A DNA stretch of 64,000 nucleotides from Bdellovibrio sp. (GCA_036676395.1 JAKFCY010000002.1:768001-832000); one strand, 5' to 3'. Numbered from the stretch's first letter, positions 38,712 through 49,329 are shown. The notes: generated from the letters alone by a model not told the origin. Numbers and translations: made by a program.

Positions 38712-40373
38712 ATGAAACATTGGCTCTTATATACAGTTGTAGTTTTCACGCCTCTTACAAGTGTTGCACAGTATGGTTATGCAAATATGAACTTGCAAGG
38801 CAGCGGCTACTGGGGCGGCCAGCAAAACTGTGGTTATCAGCAAACCCAAAATACCGGAAGCATGCAAGCCCAAGGCAGATCTCAAACTGCTGAAAAATCT
38901 GAAGAAGAAAAAACGGCAACTAGCCGTATCAGTGATTTAAAAAAACAACTCGCCAGTAAACAATTAGAAAAAAAGCGTGCTGAAAGCGAAATGCAAATGG
39001 CAGCTCGCAAGTTAGAGCGAGTTTTTGATTCTGAGATTCTAGATTTCTTATTAGAAGTCCATATCGAAAAAGGTAATGAGTGCAAAAACTATAAAACTTT
39101 TCCGGCAAATCACTGCGTGGATCAGGCAATTACTGGAAGAACAGCGGTAGCTGAAGGAACAGTCGATGCTAACGGTTCGCAAGTTATTAGCAGTGAAGTT
39201 GTTAAATTTGATTGCGATGGCAAAGACGAAGTGCCGGATAAATTAAAAAATAAATGGACCATGGCCGGATCGGGCAGTTACTGTACGGCGAATTCTCGCA
39301 GCAGCGGTGGATCAATTTCGGCAAGTATTTGTAAAGATCAAACCTTACGAAGTGATGAACGTAAAAGTAGCGCCTCAAGTTCAGATTGTGGTCAGCAATT
39401 AACTAGCTATCGTAAAAACAGAATTAAGCGCGATGATGTTCAAAGTAAAATCGAAAGAATTGAAGATGACATTGAAAATCAACAAATGGCTATCGCTGAT
39501 GCCAAAGAGCGCCAAGCTCTCGAAAAATCATACCGTATGAGCAATTCGACAGAGGCAGCCTGTGAAGAGTGCGGTGACATGTCACGCGATGGCGGGCAAA
39601 AACAAAAATCAAACCGCGATTGGGGAAGCATTTTAGGAAACATCGGTGTGGGATTAGGCTTAGCCTATGTTGGTAAACAATACGATGAATTGAATGCCGA
39701 ATACTCAGCGCAATTGGGTTATCCTCCTCAGAGCGGTTATCCAACCGCGGTATCAATGGGTGCGCCTTATATCTTGAATGGAGTTTACGGCGCGGTGAAT
39801 GGATCAAGCGGCCAAGGATCGTTTGGTTGTGGTAATGGCGCCTCAATGGCAAGTGGAATGTCAGGACAAATGAATGCATTCGGCTATCCGCAAAGCATGT
39901 TAGGCCAACAAACGAACGGCGGTGGTATGTACACCATGGGTTACAATCCTTATAACTCAATGTACGGCAATACGACAAACCCTTATGCAAGTGCATATGG
40001 TAATGCAAATCTTGGCGGAAACAATTACCAAAGTCAGTTATTAGCCCTGCAATATCAACAGCAAATGGCGCAGTACCAATCGCAGTATTATCAGCAACAG
40101 TATCAACAACAATTGCAATCCTATCAGCAGCAACAACAAACTTCGCAGCAATCACAACAGATTCAGCAAGAGATTTATAATTTACAACTGCGTTTGCAAA
40201 ATATTAATACCGGAAACTACAATTATGGCACAACCACCAGCGGTTTAACTTACAGTGGTGGCTATTATGGGACCACAGGCAGCACTTCTACGCCGCCAAC
40301 TTGGATTCCGGGGTCAACTAACACGATTTACACGGTGCCAACCACCTATTCAACGACAACAAATGGGCGGTAA
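38712..40373 (+). CDS. Secreted coiled-coil/Cys protein with Q/Y/G/N low-complexity C-terminus
   Basis: Signal peptide MKHWLL..SVA; coiled coil interrupted by a Cys-rich insert; QYQQQ tract; start could be 38700. Confidence 0.8.
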   Translation: MKHWLLYTVVVFTPLTSVAQYGYANMNLQGSGYWGGQQNCGYQQTQNTGSMQAQGRSQTAEKSEEEKTATSRISDLKKQLASKQLEKKRAESEMQMAARKLERVFDSEILDFLLEVHIEKGNECKNYKTFPANHCVDQAITGRTAVAEGTVDANGSQVISSEVVKFDCDGKDEVPDKLKNKWTMAGSGSYCTANSRSSGGSISASICKDQTLRSDERKSSASSSDCGQQLTSYRKNRIKRDDVQSKIERIEDDIENQQMAIADAKERQALEKSYRMSNSTEAACEECGDMSRDGGQKQKSNRDWGSILGNIGVGLGLAYVGKQYDELNAEYSAQLGYPPQSGYPTAVSMGAPYILNGVYGAVNGSSGQGSFGCGNGASMASGMSGQMNAFGYPQSMLGQQTNGGGMYTMGYNPYNSMYGNTTNPYASAYGNANLGGNNYQSQLLALQYQQQMAQYQSQYYQQQYQQQLQSYQQQQQTSQQSQQIQQEIYNLQLRLQNINTGNYNYGTTTSGLTYSGGYYGTTGSTSTPPTWIPGSTNTIYTVPTTYSTTTNGR

Positions 40374-40381
40374 GATACATC

Positions 40382-41059
40382 ATGTTTATCCAAATAGTTG
40401 AAGATGATCCCATTTTAGCCCGTGCACTGCAAGTAAACCTTGAGCTTGAATCTCATAAGGTTGTGATTAACTCAAATTTAGAAAGTGCGAACAAACAGTT
40501 GCAGTCATCAACAATTGATTTCGTGATTTTAGATTTAGGTTTACCTGATGGCTCAGGTTTTAATTATTTAGAAAAAGTTAGAAAAGATTTTTCACATTTA
40601 CCGGTGATCATTCTATCGGCACAGTCTGATGAAGACTCTGTCGTTAAAGGTTTAATGCTTGGTGCGAATGATTTTGTTAAAAAGCCTTATAGTTACAAAG
40701 AACTTTCGGCTCGCATGCAGGTGATTGTTAAAAAACCAATCACAAAAGCTGCTGTAGTTGAATTTGCCGGCGTAAAAGTATATGAAGACGACCGGTTAGT
40801 TAAATACAACGAAACTACAATAGATTTTAATCGTCGTGAATTTGATATTTTCTTTTATTTAATCAAAAATGCAGAACGCATTGTCTCGCGCGATTCGTTA
40901 TTACAGTTTTTGGATAAAGAATCTGAAATTTTTGATCGCACCATTGATTCGCATATTAGTCATTTGCGTAAAAATTTGAAAAAACATGAAGTAGGTTCTT
41001 TAAAAATTTCATCAGTTTATGGCTTAGGCTACAGATTGGAAAAAAATGATCAAGCATAG
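40382..41059 (+). CDS. OmpR-family response regulator
   Basis: VEDD, LDLGLPDGSG, KPY, DRTIDSHISHLRK. Confidence 0.93.
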   Translation: MFIQIVEDDPILARALQVNLELESHKVVINSNLESANKQLQSSTIDFVILDLGLPDGSGFNYLEKVRKDFSHLPVIILSAQSDEDSVVKGLMLGANDFVKKPYSYKELSARMQVIVKKPITKAAVVEFAGVKVYEDDRLVKYNETTIDFNRREFDIFFYLIKNAERIVSRDSLLQFLDKESEIFDRTIDSHISHLRKNLKKHEVGSLKISSVYGLGYRLEKNDQA

Positions 41060-42572
41060 ATTGTTTCGCGATTATTTTTTATTAGCGTCGGTAATTATTA
41101 TTTTAACTATCGTATTAGGTTTTTTTGTTTCACGTCTTGTCAGCGAAAGTTTTAGACCCGAGCGCGTTCAGCGCCAAATGTTGCCGCCGATTTTTTTAGC
41201 TAAAACGATAGATAATTTAAATTACCCAACAAAACTTGAAGCGATTAGAGCCTTGGAGTCTTTTCATGATCGTCAAGGTCCGAAACCATCTCTTGTTCTT
41301 ATTAATCAAGATCGGCAGATTCTATATTCTGAGGCAGAACTTTCAGACAAAGATATTCCAACTATCGAAGTTTTAACTTCAATTGTTAATGATTATGATT
41401 TTAAATTTTATGGTGAAAAGCAAGAACGTCCAGGCCCACCAATGCCGGGACCAGGTGGTCCTCCTCCGGGTGGTCCTGGTGGCCCCCCGCCAATGCCAGT
41501 GCAAAAATCGGTGATTAAATTAAAAGATGCGCAAAACGATCCCCAGAAATATTATTTAGTAATTTTGCCGCCCAAAATGTTTGAACCGCAAGGTATGGCG
41601 AAATTAATGCCTGTTTTAGGTATTGGTTCATTAGTATTATCACTATTGATCGGTGTGGGGCTTACGCTATTTGTAATTTACTTATCAGTGCGCAAAAAAG
41701 TTAAGGATGCCGATTACGTAATTTCAGAATTACATAAAGGTAATCTTAAAGCGCGCTTTGCCGTAGACCGTAATGATGAATTCGGCCAAGCGATGCTTCG
41801 CTTTAATCAAATGGCCGACCAGATCGAACATTTAGTCAGCCATTTAAAAAGTGTAGAAGTCAGCCGCCGTAAACTTTTACAAGAATTAGCTCATGATTTG
41901 CGAACGCCAATTGCTTCGTTAAAAACCTTACTTGAGACCTTAGAAACAAATAATGAAAAACTTGATTCTAAAACTAAATCAGAACTTCTTTCGCTTTCAA
42001 ACAAAGAAATAAATTATTTTGCTCGTTTAGTTGAAGATTTATTAGTGTTATCTCAGGTCGATGATCCCAAATACAGCAGCGAAAATTCTGGTGTCGCCAT
42101 TTCACAACTTCTTCAGGATGAAATCTATGATGTCGAAGTTAAAAACGCGACAAAACAAATAGAATTTAAGTCTGATTTCAGCGAAGGTCTGCCGCTAATT
42201 GATGGAGATCGAAATTTATTAAAACGTATGTTGCGCAATGCTCTCGAAAACTCTGTTTCATTTACGAAAAACAAATTATGGATTTCGATTCGTGATATTA
42301 GCCCAACAACATTCAGTATTGTGATCTCTGACGATGGTTCGGGGTTTAATCCAGATAGTTTATCTGAATTTGGCGAGCGCCGTATGACTAGAAAAATTCA
42401 ATACAATGGAAACGACAATTCACGTGTATCGGTAGGATTAGGCTCTGTGATTATGAAAAAGATCTGCGAAATTCATGGTGGAAAACTAAAAGCCGAAAAT
42501 CGCACGAACGAACGGGGAGTCATAGAGGGTGCGATTGTCACCTTCACTTTACCGAAATCAAAAAGCGCATAA
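41046..42572 (+). CDS. HAMP sensor histidine kinase
   Basis: 2 TM helices, HAMP, H-box AHDLRTP, DDGSGF, GLG; Gly/Pro tract in the periplasmic loop. Confidence 0.93.
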   Translation: MIKHRLFRDYFLLASVIIILTIVLGFFVSRLVSESFRPERVQRQMLPPIFLAKTIDNLNYPTKLEAIRALESFHDRQGPKPSLVLINQDRQILYSEAELSDKDIPTIEVLTSIVNDYDFKFYGEKQERPGPPMPGPGGPPPGGPGGPPPMPVQKSVIKLKDAQNDPQKYYLVILPPKMFEPQGMAKLMPVLGIGSLVLSLLIGVGLTLFVIYLSVRKKVKDADYVISELHKGNLKARFAVDRNDEFGQAMLRFNQMADQIEHLVSHLKSVEVSRRKLLQELAHDLRTPIASLKTLLETLETNNEKLDSKTKSELLSLSNKEINYFARLVEDLLVLSQVDDPKYSSENSGVAISQLLQDEIYDVEVKNATKQIEFKSDFSEGLPLIDGDRNLLKRMLRNALENSVSFTKNKLWISIRDISPTTFSIVISDDGSGFNPDSLSEFGERRMTRKIQYNGNDNSRVSVGLGSVIMKKICEIHGGKLKAENRTNERGVIEGAIVTFTLPKSKSA

Positions 42573-42603
42573 AAAAAGGAGAGTTATTAGACTCTCCTTT
42601 TTT
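42571..42603. terminator. Bidirectional intrinsic terminator (second hairpin at 42612-42636)
   Basis: AAAAAAAGGAGAGT-N6-ACTCTCCTTTTTT. Confidence 0.85.
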
Positions 42604-42663
42604 GCTCGTGTTTTCGGTTTACAATGTAAACCGAAATACAGAGTGATGAAATAGAACTATTAA

Positions 42664-44616
42664 CTAGTCACGTGAACGAGGTGGGCCTGATGGACGACCA
42701 CCGCGTGATCCTCCGCCGCCGAAACTGCGTCCGCCACCAGATGATGGACGACCAGGTCCGCCGCCACGACCACCACGGAAACCGCGTGCGTCGCCGCCAC
42801 CTTCAGCACGTGGCGCATCGCCATCGAAACTGCGTTGAGGGCGGTCACCACCGAAAGATGGACGATCGCCGCCGAAGCTAGGACGATCTTCACGAGGACG
42901 ATCGAATGAACGTTGTGGACGATCGGCGCCAGCGCCGAATCCACCGCGGTCATTACCACGGAAACCCCATGGACGGCCTTCGCCAGAAGAACGTTCTGGA
43001 CGATCACCACCACCGAAATCACGAGGACCACGATCACGAGAGAATCCACCACGAGAACCGCCGCGGTCATTACCACGGAATCCGCCGCCGCCGAAACCAC
43101 GACGCTCGCCACGGCCTTCGCCGCCACGGTCATCATAATTTCCTTCAGAACGGTGACCAGTTGATTCGCCACGCTCACGTAATTCTAATGAACGAGGTTG
43201 TTTCATGCGAAGTTCTTCGCCTTGGCCAATGTAGTTTAAAGCTTTTGCTAACCACTGTTTTGTTTCAGAAGTAAGATCAGCCATGCCATCTAATTGATCG
43301 ATCGCTTTTTCAAATTTAGAAGTGTCTTTTTCATGCATCTTCATAGCCGCGATCTGTTTTAACCAATTTAATTTCATATTGATTTGAACATCTTCAACTA
43401 AAGGAATTTTTAAACCTTTGAATTTGAAATTTAACGCGCGTTCAAAGCGTGATAATTTTCCAGATTCTTTTGGTTTAACCATTGTCCATACGATACCGGC
43501 TTTACCAGCACGTGCTGTACGACCAATACGGTGAGTGTAAGTTTCTGTATCCCAAGGGATTTCGAAATTCACAACGTGAGTTAAATCCTGGATATCTAAT
43601 CCGCGGGCTGCAACGTCAGTTGCCACTAAGATTTTAGTGCGTTTAGATTTCATGCGCTCAATCGTACGCGTACGGTCGGCTTGCACCTTATCACCGTGAA
43701 GTGAATCAACGTCTAAGCCTAAAGAGCGTAAGCGTAATTCTAATTCTGCAACTTGTTTTTTAGTCGTTGCGAAGATGATACCGTAGAAATCCTGAGTGTT
43801 TTTGATTAATAATGATAAAGCATCTTCTTTATCTTCTTCAAAAATCACGCAGGCAAATGATTCAACATTTGATTTTTCAGCGTGCGTATTTAAAGTTACT
43901 TCTTCAGCGTCTTTTAAATATTTAGACGATAAAGATTTAATTGCGCGAGACATAGTTGCAGAGAACAACCATGTTTTTAAATCTGTTTTAGCAGAAGCTT
44001 TCCAGATTGTTTCTAAAGCTTCTTCGAAACCAAAAGATAACATTTCATCGGCTTCATCTAAAACTAAGTATTTCACGTCTTTAAGATCAACGATTTTTTG
44101 TTCCATAAGATCGACTAAACGACCTGGCGTAGAAACTAATACTTCTGGATTAGCGCGGATGTTTTTGATTTGGCGTTCGTAAGATTCACCACCAACAACT
44201 GTTGTTACTTTGATTTTTTTAAATTCACCAAAGTTACGGATGTGGGCTGCTACTTGCTGAGCTAACTCTCGCGTTGGGCAAAGAACTAAGGCTTGAAGAC
44301 CAGCTCCTGCAGTGATTTTTTCGATAACCGGTAAACCGAACGCTGCGGTTTTTCCAGTTCCTGTTTTAGCTAAAGCCACGATGTCTGTGTCTTTTTCTAA
44401 TAAAAGCGGGATACAGGCTTTTTGAACCGGTGTCGCTTTCGTAAAGTTTAATTTAGTTAAAGCCTTATGAACTTCAGCAGATAAGGCAAATTCCAAGAAA
44501 TCAGATGCGATTTCGTTACCTTCTTGTGCGTCCATTTCAATAATTGGCTCAACTGTTTTTTTCGGTGCTTCTACTGCTAATTCAGCCGTAGGCTCCATGT
44601 TTTCTGTGTTATTCAC
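42664..44616 (-). CDS. DEAD-box RNA helicase with RGG/RGF-rich C-terminal tail
   Basis: AKTGTGKT, PTRELA, DEAD, SAT, HRIGRTAR; GTG 44616 follows AAAGGGA (start uncertain). Confidence 0.95.
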   Translation of the reverse strand: MNNTENMEPTAELAVEAPKKTVEPIIEMDAQEGNEIASDFLEFALSAEVHKALTKLNFTKATPVQKACIPLLLEKDTDIVALAKTGTGKTAAFGLPVIEKITAGAGLQALVLCPTRELAQQVAAHIRNFGEFKKIKVTTVVGGESYERQIKNIRANPEVLVSTPGRLVDLMEQKIVDLKDVKYLVLDEADEMLSFGFEEALETIWKASAKTDLKTWLFSATMSRAIKSLSSKYLKDAEEVTLNTHAEKSNVESFACVIFEEDKEDALSLLIKNTQDFYGIIFATTKKQVAELELRLRSLGLDVDSLHGDKVQADRTRTIERMKSKRTKILVATDVAARGLDIQDLTHVVNFEIPWDTETYTHRIGRTARAGKAGIVWTMVKPKESGKLSRFERALNFKFKGLKIPLVEDVQINMKLNWLKQIAAMKMHEKDTSKFEKAIDQLDGMADLTSETKQWLAKALNYIGQGEELRMKQPRSLELRERGESTGHRSEGNYDDRGGEGRGERRGFGGGGFRGNDRGGSRGGFSRDRGPRDFGGGDRPERSSGEGRPWGFRGNDRGGFGAGADRPQRSFDRPREDRPSFGGDRPSFGGDRPQRSFDGDAPRAEGGGDARGFRGGRGGGPGRPSSGGGRSFGGGGSRGGRPSGPPRSRD

Positions 44617-44853
44617 GATCGTCCCTTTTGGTGTGTCGTCGACACTACCTATGTGCATATATTTGCCCGCGTTATTTCACGGATCTATCTGCTGTTTATT
44701 GAGGGCATAAAGTCGCACCGGATTGCCTACTAGTAAAGCATTTTACTGCCTTATGGTAACAAAGCCATCCTGGTGAATTATTTATATGTTTTGGACTGCG
44801 TAATTTAGAACCGTTAGAAAGAGTCAGCAGGGCTGAACAACACTAGGATACCG

Positions 44854-45180
44854 TTATACGTTGAAGCTTGAACCGCAACCACAATTCTTCGTGGCGTTCG
44901 GGTTATTGAAAACAAAGCCTTTTCCGTTTAGTCCGCCAGAAAAATCCAGCGTCATCCCAATTAAATACAGAAGACTTTGGCCATCAACAATGAGTTTTTG
45001 TCCGTTAGATTCAAAGACTTGGTCGCCCTCTTTGGCCTCAGAACCGAAATCCATTTTATACGATAAACCAGAACAACCACCTTTTTTTACTTCGACTCTC
45101 AAAGCGGCTGTTTCGGGTTTGCCTTCCTCAGATTTGAGGGAAGCTAATTTGGATGCTGCGGATTCTGAAATTTGAATCAT
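44854..45180 (-). CDS. erpA: A-type Fe-S cluster carrier (IscA/ErpA/HesB)
   Basis: GGCSG and CGCGSSF; start set at ATG 45180. Confidence 0.9.
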   Translation of the reverse strand: MIQISESAASKLASLKSEEGKPETAALRVEVKKGGCSGLSYKMDFGSEAKEGDQVFESNGQKLIVDGQSLLYLIGMTLDFSGGLNGKGFVFNNPNATKNCGCGSSFNV

Positions 45181-45249
45181 GGGCCCACTATACCCCAAGA
45201 AATGGAGATTGGCTAGGGCCCATTACGACTTTAAATAGATTATAGGGTA

Positions 45250-45654
45250 CTAGAAGCGTTTAACCGCTTCGCCCCATAAGTGAATTTGAATAGCATCCTG
45301 TTTGAAGTTAAGCACAAAGTCACCCGAATCATGACCTTCGAATGATGGCCAATAAACGACTTCGATTTGGCAACGTTGTCCCGGTAATAAAGTTCCTGTG
45401 CAGCTATGACGACCTCTGAAGTCAAAACTTCCGTACATATTAGCGCTGACGTAATCAAGATTTTCGTCACCTGTGTTCGTGATCGTCCAACGAACGGCGT
45501 TGTGTGAGTTTACAAACACACGGCCAAACCAGTGCGAAGTGTAATCTTGTGCAGATACAGATTCTAACTCTGGAGTTACTTCGATTTGGGCGGCTGCATG
45601 AACGGCTTGGGTCAAGCTAAGTGTAGCTGCTAAAGCTAAGAAAAATTTTGTCAT
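45250..45654 (-). CDS. Secreted single Ig-like (ASH/PapD-like) domain protein
   Basis: Signal peptide; ITNTG, CTGTLLPGQRCQIEV pattern. Confidence 0.7.
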   Translation of the reverse strand: MTKFFLALAATLSLTQAVHAAAQIEVTPELESVSAQDYTSHWFGRVFVNSHNAVRWTITNTGDENLDYVSANMYGSFDFRGRHSCTGTLLPGQRCQIEVVYWPSFEGHDSGDFVLNFKQDAIQIHLWGEAVKRF

Positions 45655-45679
45655 ATGAAATCCCTTTCACAAATGGTGA

Positions 45680-45695
45680 TGCGGTAATTGCACCA
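45680..45695 (-). promoter_or_regulatory. Sigma-54-like promoter
   Basis: TGGTGCAATTACCGCA (GG-N10-GC) upstream of the 45654 start. Confidence 0.4.
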
Positions 45696-45714
45696 ATATT
45701 TTTTAACTTTGTCC

Positions 45715-45730
45715 AACAAAGATATTGTGC
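45715..45730 (+). promoter_or_regulatory. Possible NrdR box
   Basis: AACAAAGATATTGTGC resembles the NrdR palindrome; directly upstream of nrdJ. Confidence 0.35.
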
Positions 45731-45742
45731 TTCAATTAATTC

Positions 45743-48004
45743 ATGGCAAAAACCACTCCGTTTTTTCAACCGTATTTCACTGCTGATCGTAAACCTCCGT
45801 ATTTTAAGGTGAAAACTTTCGAAGCGGTGATTAAAGACTCCCAAAATCGAATTTATTTTGAAAAGCATGGCGTGAATGCCCCAGAACACTGGTCGCAGAC
45901 GGCCGTCGATATTGCCGCTAGTAAGTATTTTCGTAAAAGCGAGAAAAAAGAAAATTCAATTTTTGCTTTAGTGAATCGTATCGCATCAGGTCTTAAAACT
46001 GCGGCAACCAGTTCAAAATTATTTAGCGGTGCAAAAGAAATTGACTCGTTTATCAATGAGATTACCTTTCACTTATTGAACCAATCAGCGGCTTTTAATT
46101 CGCCGGTGTGGTTTAACTGTGGTTTGCATGAAACCTATAAAATTTCATCGACCAGCCATCACTTTGCCTGGGATTATAAGAATAAAAAAGTCAGCGAAAT
46201 CACCGATGCTTTTAAAAGACCGCAATGTTCAGCGTGTTTTATTCAATCAGTCGATGATTCTTTAGAGTCGATTTTTGATTTAGTTAAAACTGAGGCTAAA
46301 CTTTTTAAATATGGTTCAGGCTCTGGTACTAATTTTTCAAGTTTACGCAGTAAATATGAAACTTTAAATTCAGGTGGCACAAGTTCTGGCTTAATTTCAT
46401 TTTTAGAAATTTTAGATAAATCAGCTGGTGCCATAAAATCTGGCGGAACAACTCGCAGAGCCGCAAAAATGGTTTGTGTTGATATGGATCATCCTGAAAT
46501 TTCAGAATTTATTTCCTGGAAGATGAAAGAAGAAAAAAAAGCTCACGCCTTAATAGCTCAAGGATATTCAGCAGAACTTGACGGTGAATCTTATCACACA
46601 GTTTCTGGCCAAAATGCGAATAACTCGGTTCGTATTTCGGATAAGTTTATGCACGCTTTAGAAAAGAACACACAGTGGACTTTGAAATCGCGTATAAACG
46701 GCAAAACGGTTTCTGAAGTCACCGCTGATGCCCTTTGGACAAAACTTTGTCAGGCCGCCTGGCATTGCGCTGACCCTGGCGTGCAATTTAGCGATACGAT
46801 TAATAAGTTTCACACCTGTAAAGAAACAGCGCCAATCAATGCCAGCAATCCTTGCTCTGAGTATATGTTTTTAGATGATTCGGCCTGTAATTTAGCTTCG
46901 TTAAATTTAGTAAAATTTTTTGATAATGCAAAACCGGGTGATGAGAAATTTAAAATTCATGAGTTTTTATTAACCGTTAAAACTTTTATTTTAGCGCAAG
47001 AATTTTTTGTCGATTATTCAAGTTATCCGACTGAAGAAATTGCGCAAAACTCGCATGACTATCGCCCCTTAGGTTTAGGCTATGCCAACCTGGGAAGTCT
47101 GCTTATGCAAATGGGCTTAGCTTATGATAGCGACCATGCCAGAGCTTTCGCAGGTGCCATGACGGCGATGATGACAGGCATGGCTTATTACACCAGCAGT
47201 GAATTAGCCACCAAACTAAAACCTTTTGCTGGCTTTAAGAAAAACAAAAAATCAATGATGGCTGTTATGAAGCTGCATCAAAAAGCTTTAAAAAATATCC
47301 AGTGGGACTTGCTGCCTGCGGTGTACAAAGACATTTGCCAAAATATCTGGAGTGAAGTTCTAGTAATGGGTGAAAAGCACGGATTTAGAAATGCGCAAGT
47401 GAGTGTGATCGCGCCAACTGGAACCATTGGGCTTGTGATGGATTGTGACACTACGGGCATTGAACCAGATTTTTCACTCATCAAACGTAAAAAATTATCT
47501 GGTGGCGGACAAATCAAGATCGTTAATCAGTCGGCGAAAGTGGCTTTAGATAATTTAGGTTACTCTGTTGTTGATCGTGATAAAATTTTATTTCAAATCG
47601 AAAATGGTGAAGATTTTATTGCGGGCCCTGTTTTGCGAAAAGAACACAGAAAAATATTTTTTACCGCTGCAGGAACTACGCAAACCGGAGACGATGTGCT
47701 ATCGCCAGACGCCCACATTTTGATGATGGCGGCGGTACAACCTTTTATCTCTGGCGCTATTTCTAAGACTGTAAATTTGCCAAACAGTGCAACTGAAGCT
47801 GACATCGCCGAGGTTTATCATAAAGCGTGGCGCTTAAATTTAAAAGCGGTGGCTGTATACCGAGATGGCAGCAAATTTGTACAGCCCTTGAATCGCAATA
47901 AACCTGAATTTCCTGCTTGCACCGAGTGTGGTAGCCCCACAGTTCTAGAATCAGGCTGTTATCGCTGTTTGAATTGTGGAACCACAACAGCCTGTTCGAG
48001 TTAA
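45743..48004 (+). CDS. nrdJ: Class II (adenosylcobalamin-dependent) ribonucleotide reductase
   Basis: [37 protein letters not shown]-terminal CxxC/CxxC zinc ribbon. Confidence 0.93.
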   Translation: MAKTTPFFQPYFTADRKPPYFKVKTFEAVIKDSQNRIYFEKHGVNAPEHWSQTAVDIAASKYFRKSEKKENSIFALVNRIASGLKTAATSSKLFSGAKEIDSFINEITFHLLNQSAAFNSPVWFNCGLHETYKISSTSHHFAWDYKNKKVSEITDAFKRPQCSACFIQSVDDSLESIFDLVKTEAKLFKYGSGSGTNFSSLRSKYETLNSGGTSSGLISFLEILDKSAGAIKSGGTTRRAAKMVCVDMDHPEISEFISWKMKEEKKAHALIAQGYSAELDGESYHTVSGQNANNSVRISDKFMHALEKNTQWTLKSRINGKTVSEVTADALWTKLCQAAWHCADPGVQFSDTINKFHTCKETAPINASNPCSEYMFLDDSACNLASLNLVKFFDNAKPGDEKFKIHEFLLTVKTFILAQEFFVDYSSYPTEEIAQNSHDYRPLGLGYANLGSLLMQMGLAYDSDHARAFAGAMTAMMTGMAYYTSSELATKLKPFAGFKKNKKSMMAVMKLHQKALKNIQWDLLPAVYKDICQNIWSEVLVMGEKHGFRNAQVSVIAPTGTIGLVMDCDTTGIEPDFSLIKRKKLSGGGQIKIVNQSAKVALDNLGYSVVDRDKILFQIENGEDFIAGPVLRKEHRKIFFTAAGTTQTGDDVLSPDAHILMMAAVQPFISGAISKTVNLPNSATEADIAEVYHKAWRLNLKAVAVYRDGSKFVQPLNRNKPEFPACTECGSPTVLESGCYRCLNCGTTTACSS

Positions 48005-48089
48005 ACAAGCGGTCAAGATTCGGTTAAAATACGTTATAGCTAAGAGCTATCTCTAGGAATCATCTTTGATCTGTGATATTCAAGCATCC

Positions 48090-48476
48090 ATGCAGGCACA
48101 AGCTACGATTCTAGTAATGGATGATGATATTGATCTTCTCGATGTTCTTAAAGAGACATTAATTACATTGTGCAAAATCGATAAAGTCATTACAGCCACT
48201 TCACTATCTGCAGTTCAACAACAAAAAGAAGCTATTCTAAAATGCCAAATAGCTATTTTAGATGTGAACTTAGGTGCCGGCCACCCATCTGGCGTTGATG
48301 TGGCTGAATGGCTTCGCACAAATAATTTTACAGGTAAAATTGTTTTTCTAACAGGACATGCTGTTTCAGATCCAGAAGTTTTAGCCGCAACGAAAATGCC
48401 TGACACTAAAGTGGTTGCAAAGCCAATTGGCCTAAGCCAGTTACTTAGTTTTGTCGAAGGTGTAGCACGTACGTGA
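48090..48476 (+). CDS. Single-domain response regulator
   Basis: MDDD, ILDVNLG, FLTG, KP; start uncertain (48066 or 48090). Confidence 0.88.
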   Translation: MQAQATILVMDDDIDLLDVLKETLITLCKIDKVITATSLSAVQQQKEAILKCQIAILDVNLGAGHPSGVDVAEWLRTNNFTGKIVFLTGHAVSDPEVLAATKMPDTKVVAKPIGLSQLLSFVEGVART

Positions 48477-49309
48477 ATAACCGCACCGCTGAATCGCATA
48501 TGGAAGCCTATCGCACGCTGGTGTTTGCCTGCGTGGCCTCAATTGTGGTGCAGACGATTTTTATTTTCATCGATGGCGCAACTTTAGGAATATTTATGGC
48601 TTGGCTTAATGGGGCACATGTATTCATAGCAGCGGTCATCGGTTATTGGCTGTTTAGGCATCGCGAAAATGTGCCTTCGATAAAATCTTTAGAGGTCGGA
48701 TTTTTTATTTTATCCGCTCCGTATTTAGTCACAACCTGGATGGGTGAAGCTAAGGGTATCGAGCTTGGACAAATTCGGCAACCGTTTGTTCCCTTTCAGT
48801 TTCTTTGTGTTTACATTGCCGTGTTATCGCCTGGACGCATAGTCGTTGCGGTCGCTGAAATTTTTGTAAGTCTTGTGGTTGCTGTTGCTTTCTGGTTTGT
48901 TTTAAAGAGCCAGTATCCATTAACAGGTATACCTGGTGAGCCTTGGGCGACTTTAACTTTTGGTCTTATCGCCTTGATGATGTTAGCAGCTAGAGCTTAT
49001 CGTAAAGGTATAATTCAGAAATTAGAAAAAACGCGTGCAGAAGCTGAAGCCTTCGAGCGTGCGGCTCGTTTATTCTTAGCAGTACGTGATCGGGCTAATT
49101 CTCCGTTACAAGTCATTAACCTGTGCGCAACTTTAATCATGGCGCGTAATCCTGCCGAAGTAGAAACAGTTGAACGTTTGCAGCGCTCCTTGGTCAAACT
49201 GCAAGAGCTGACAGATATTTTAGCCGAAACTGAAATTTGGCGCGAAACTTATAAGGCTGGCGGCGATATTTCTGCAGAAATCGACAAAACTTTTAATAAG
49301 CTGGTTTAA
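48473..49309 (+). CDS. Multi-TM membrane protein with a degenerate HisKA-like tail and no HATPase domain
   Basis: About 6 TM helices, then VRDRANSPLQVI; GTGA overlap with the receiver gene. Confidence 0.7.
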   Translation: MNNRTAESHMEAYRTLVFACVASIVVQTIFIFIDGATLGIFMAWLNGAHVFIAAVIGYWLFRHRENVPSIKSLEVGFFILSAPYLVTTWMGEAKGIELGQIRQPFVPFQFLCVYIAVLSPGRIVVAVAEIFVSLVVAVAFWFVLKSQYPLTGIPGEPWATLTFGLIALMMLAARAYRKGIIQKLEKTRAEAEAFERAARLFLAVRDRANSPLQVINLCATLIMARNPAEVETVERLQRSLVKLQELTDILAETEIWRETYKAGGDISAEIDKTFNKLV

Positions 49310-49329
49310 TTATTGCTGAACAATTTCTA

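Noticed and set aside
39490..40155. 221-aa minus-strand ORF
   Set aside because: Antisense to the low-complexity Q/Y/G region
42660..43274. His/Arg-rich and Thr/Ala-rich ORFs overlapping the helicase tail
   Set aside because: By-products of the GC-rich, stop-poor RGG coding repeat
45655..45742. Cobalamin riboswitch before nrdJ
   Set aside because: Intergenic region is only 88 bp and lacks a B12 box
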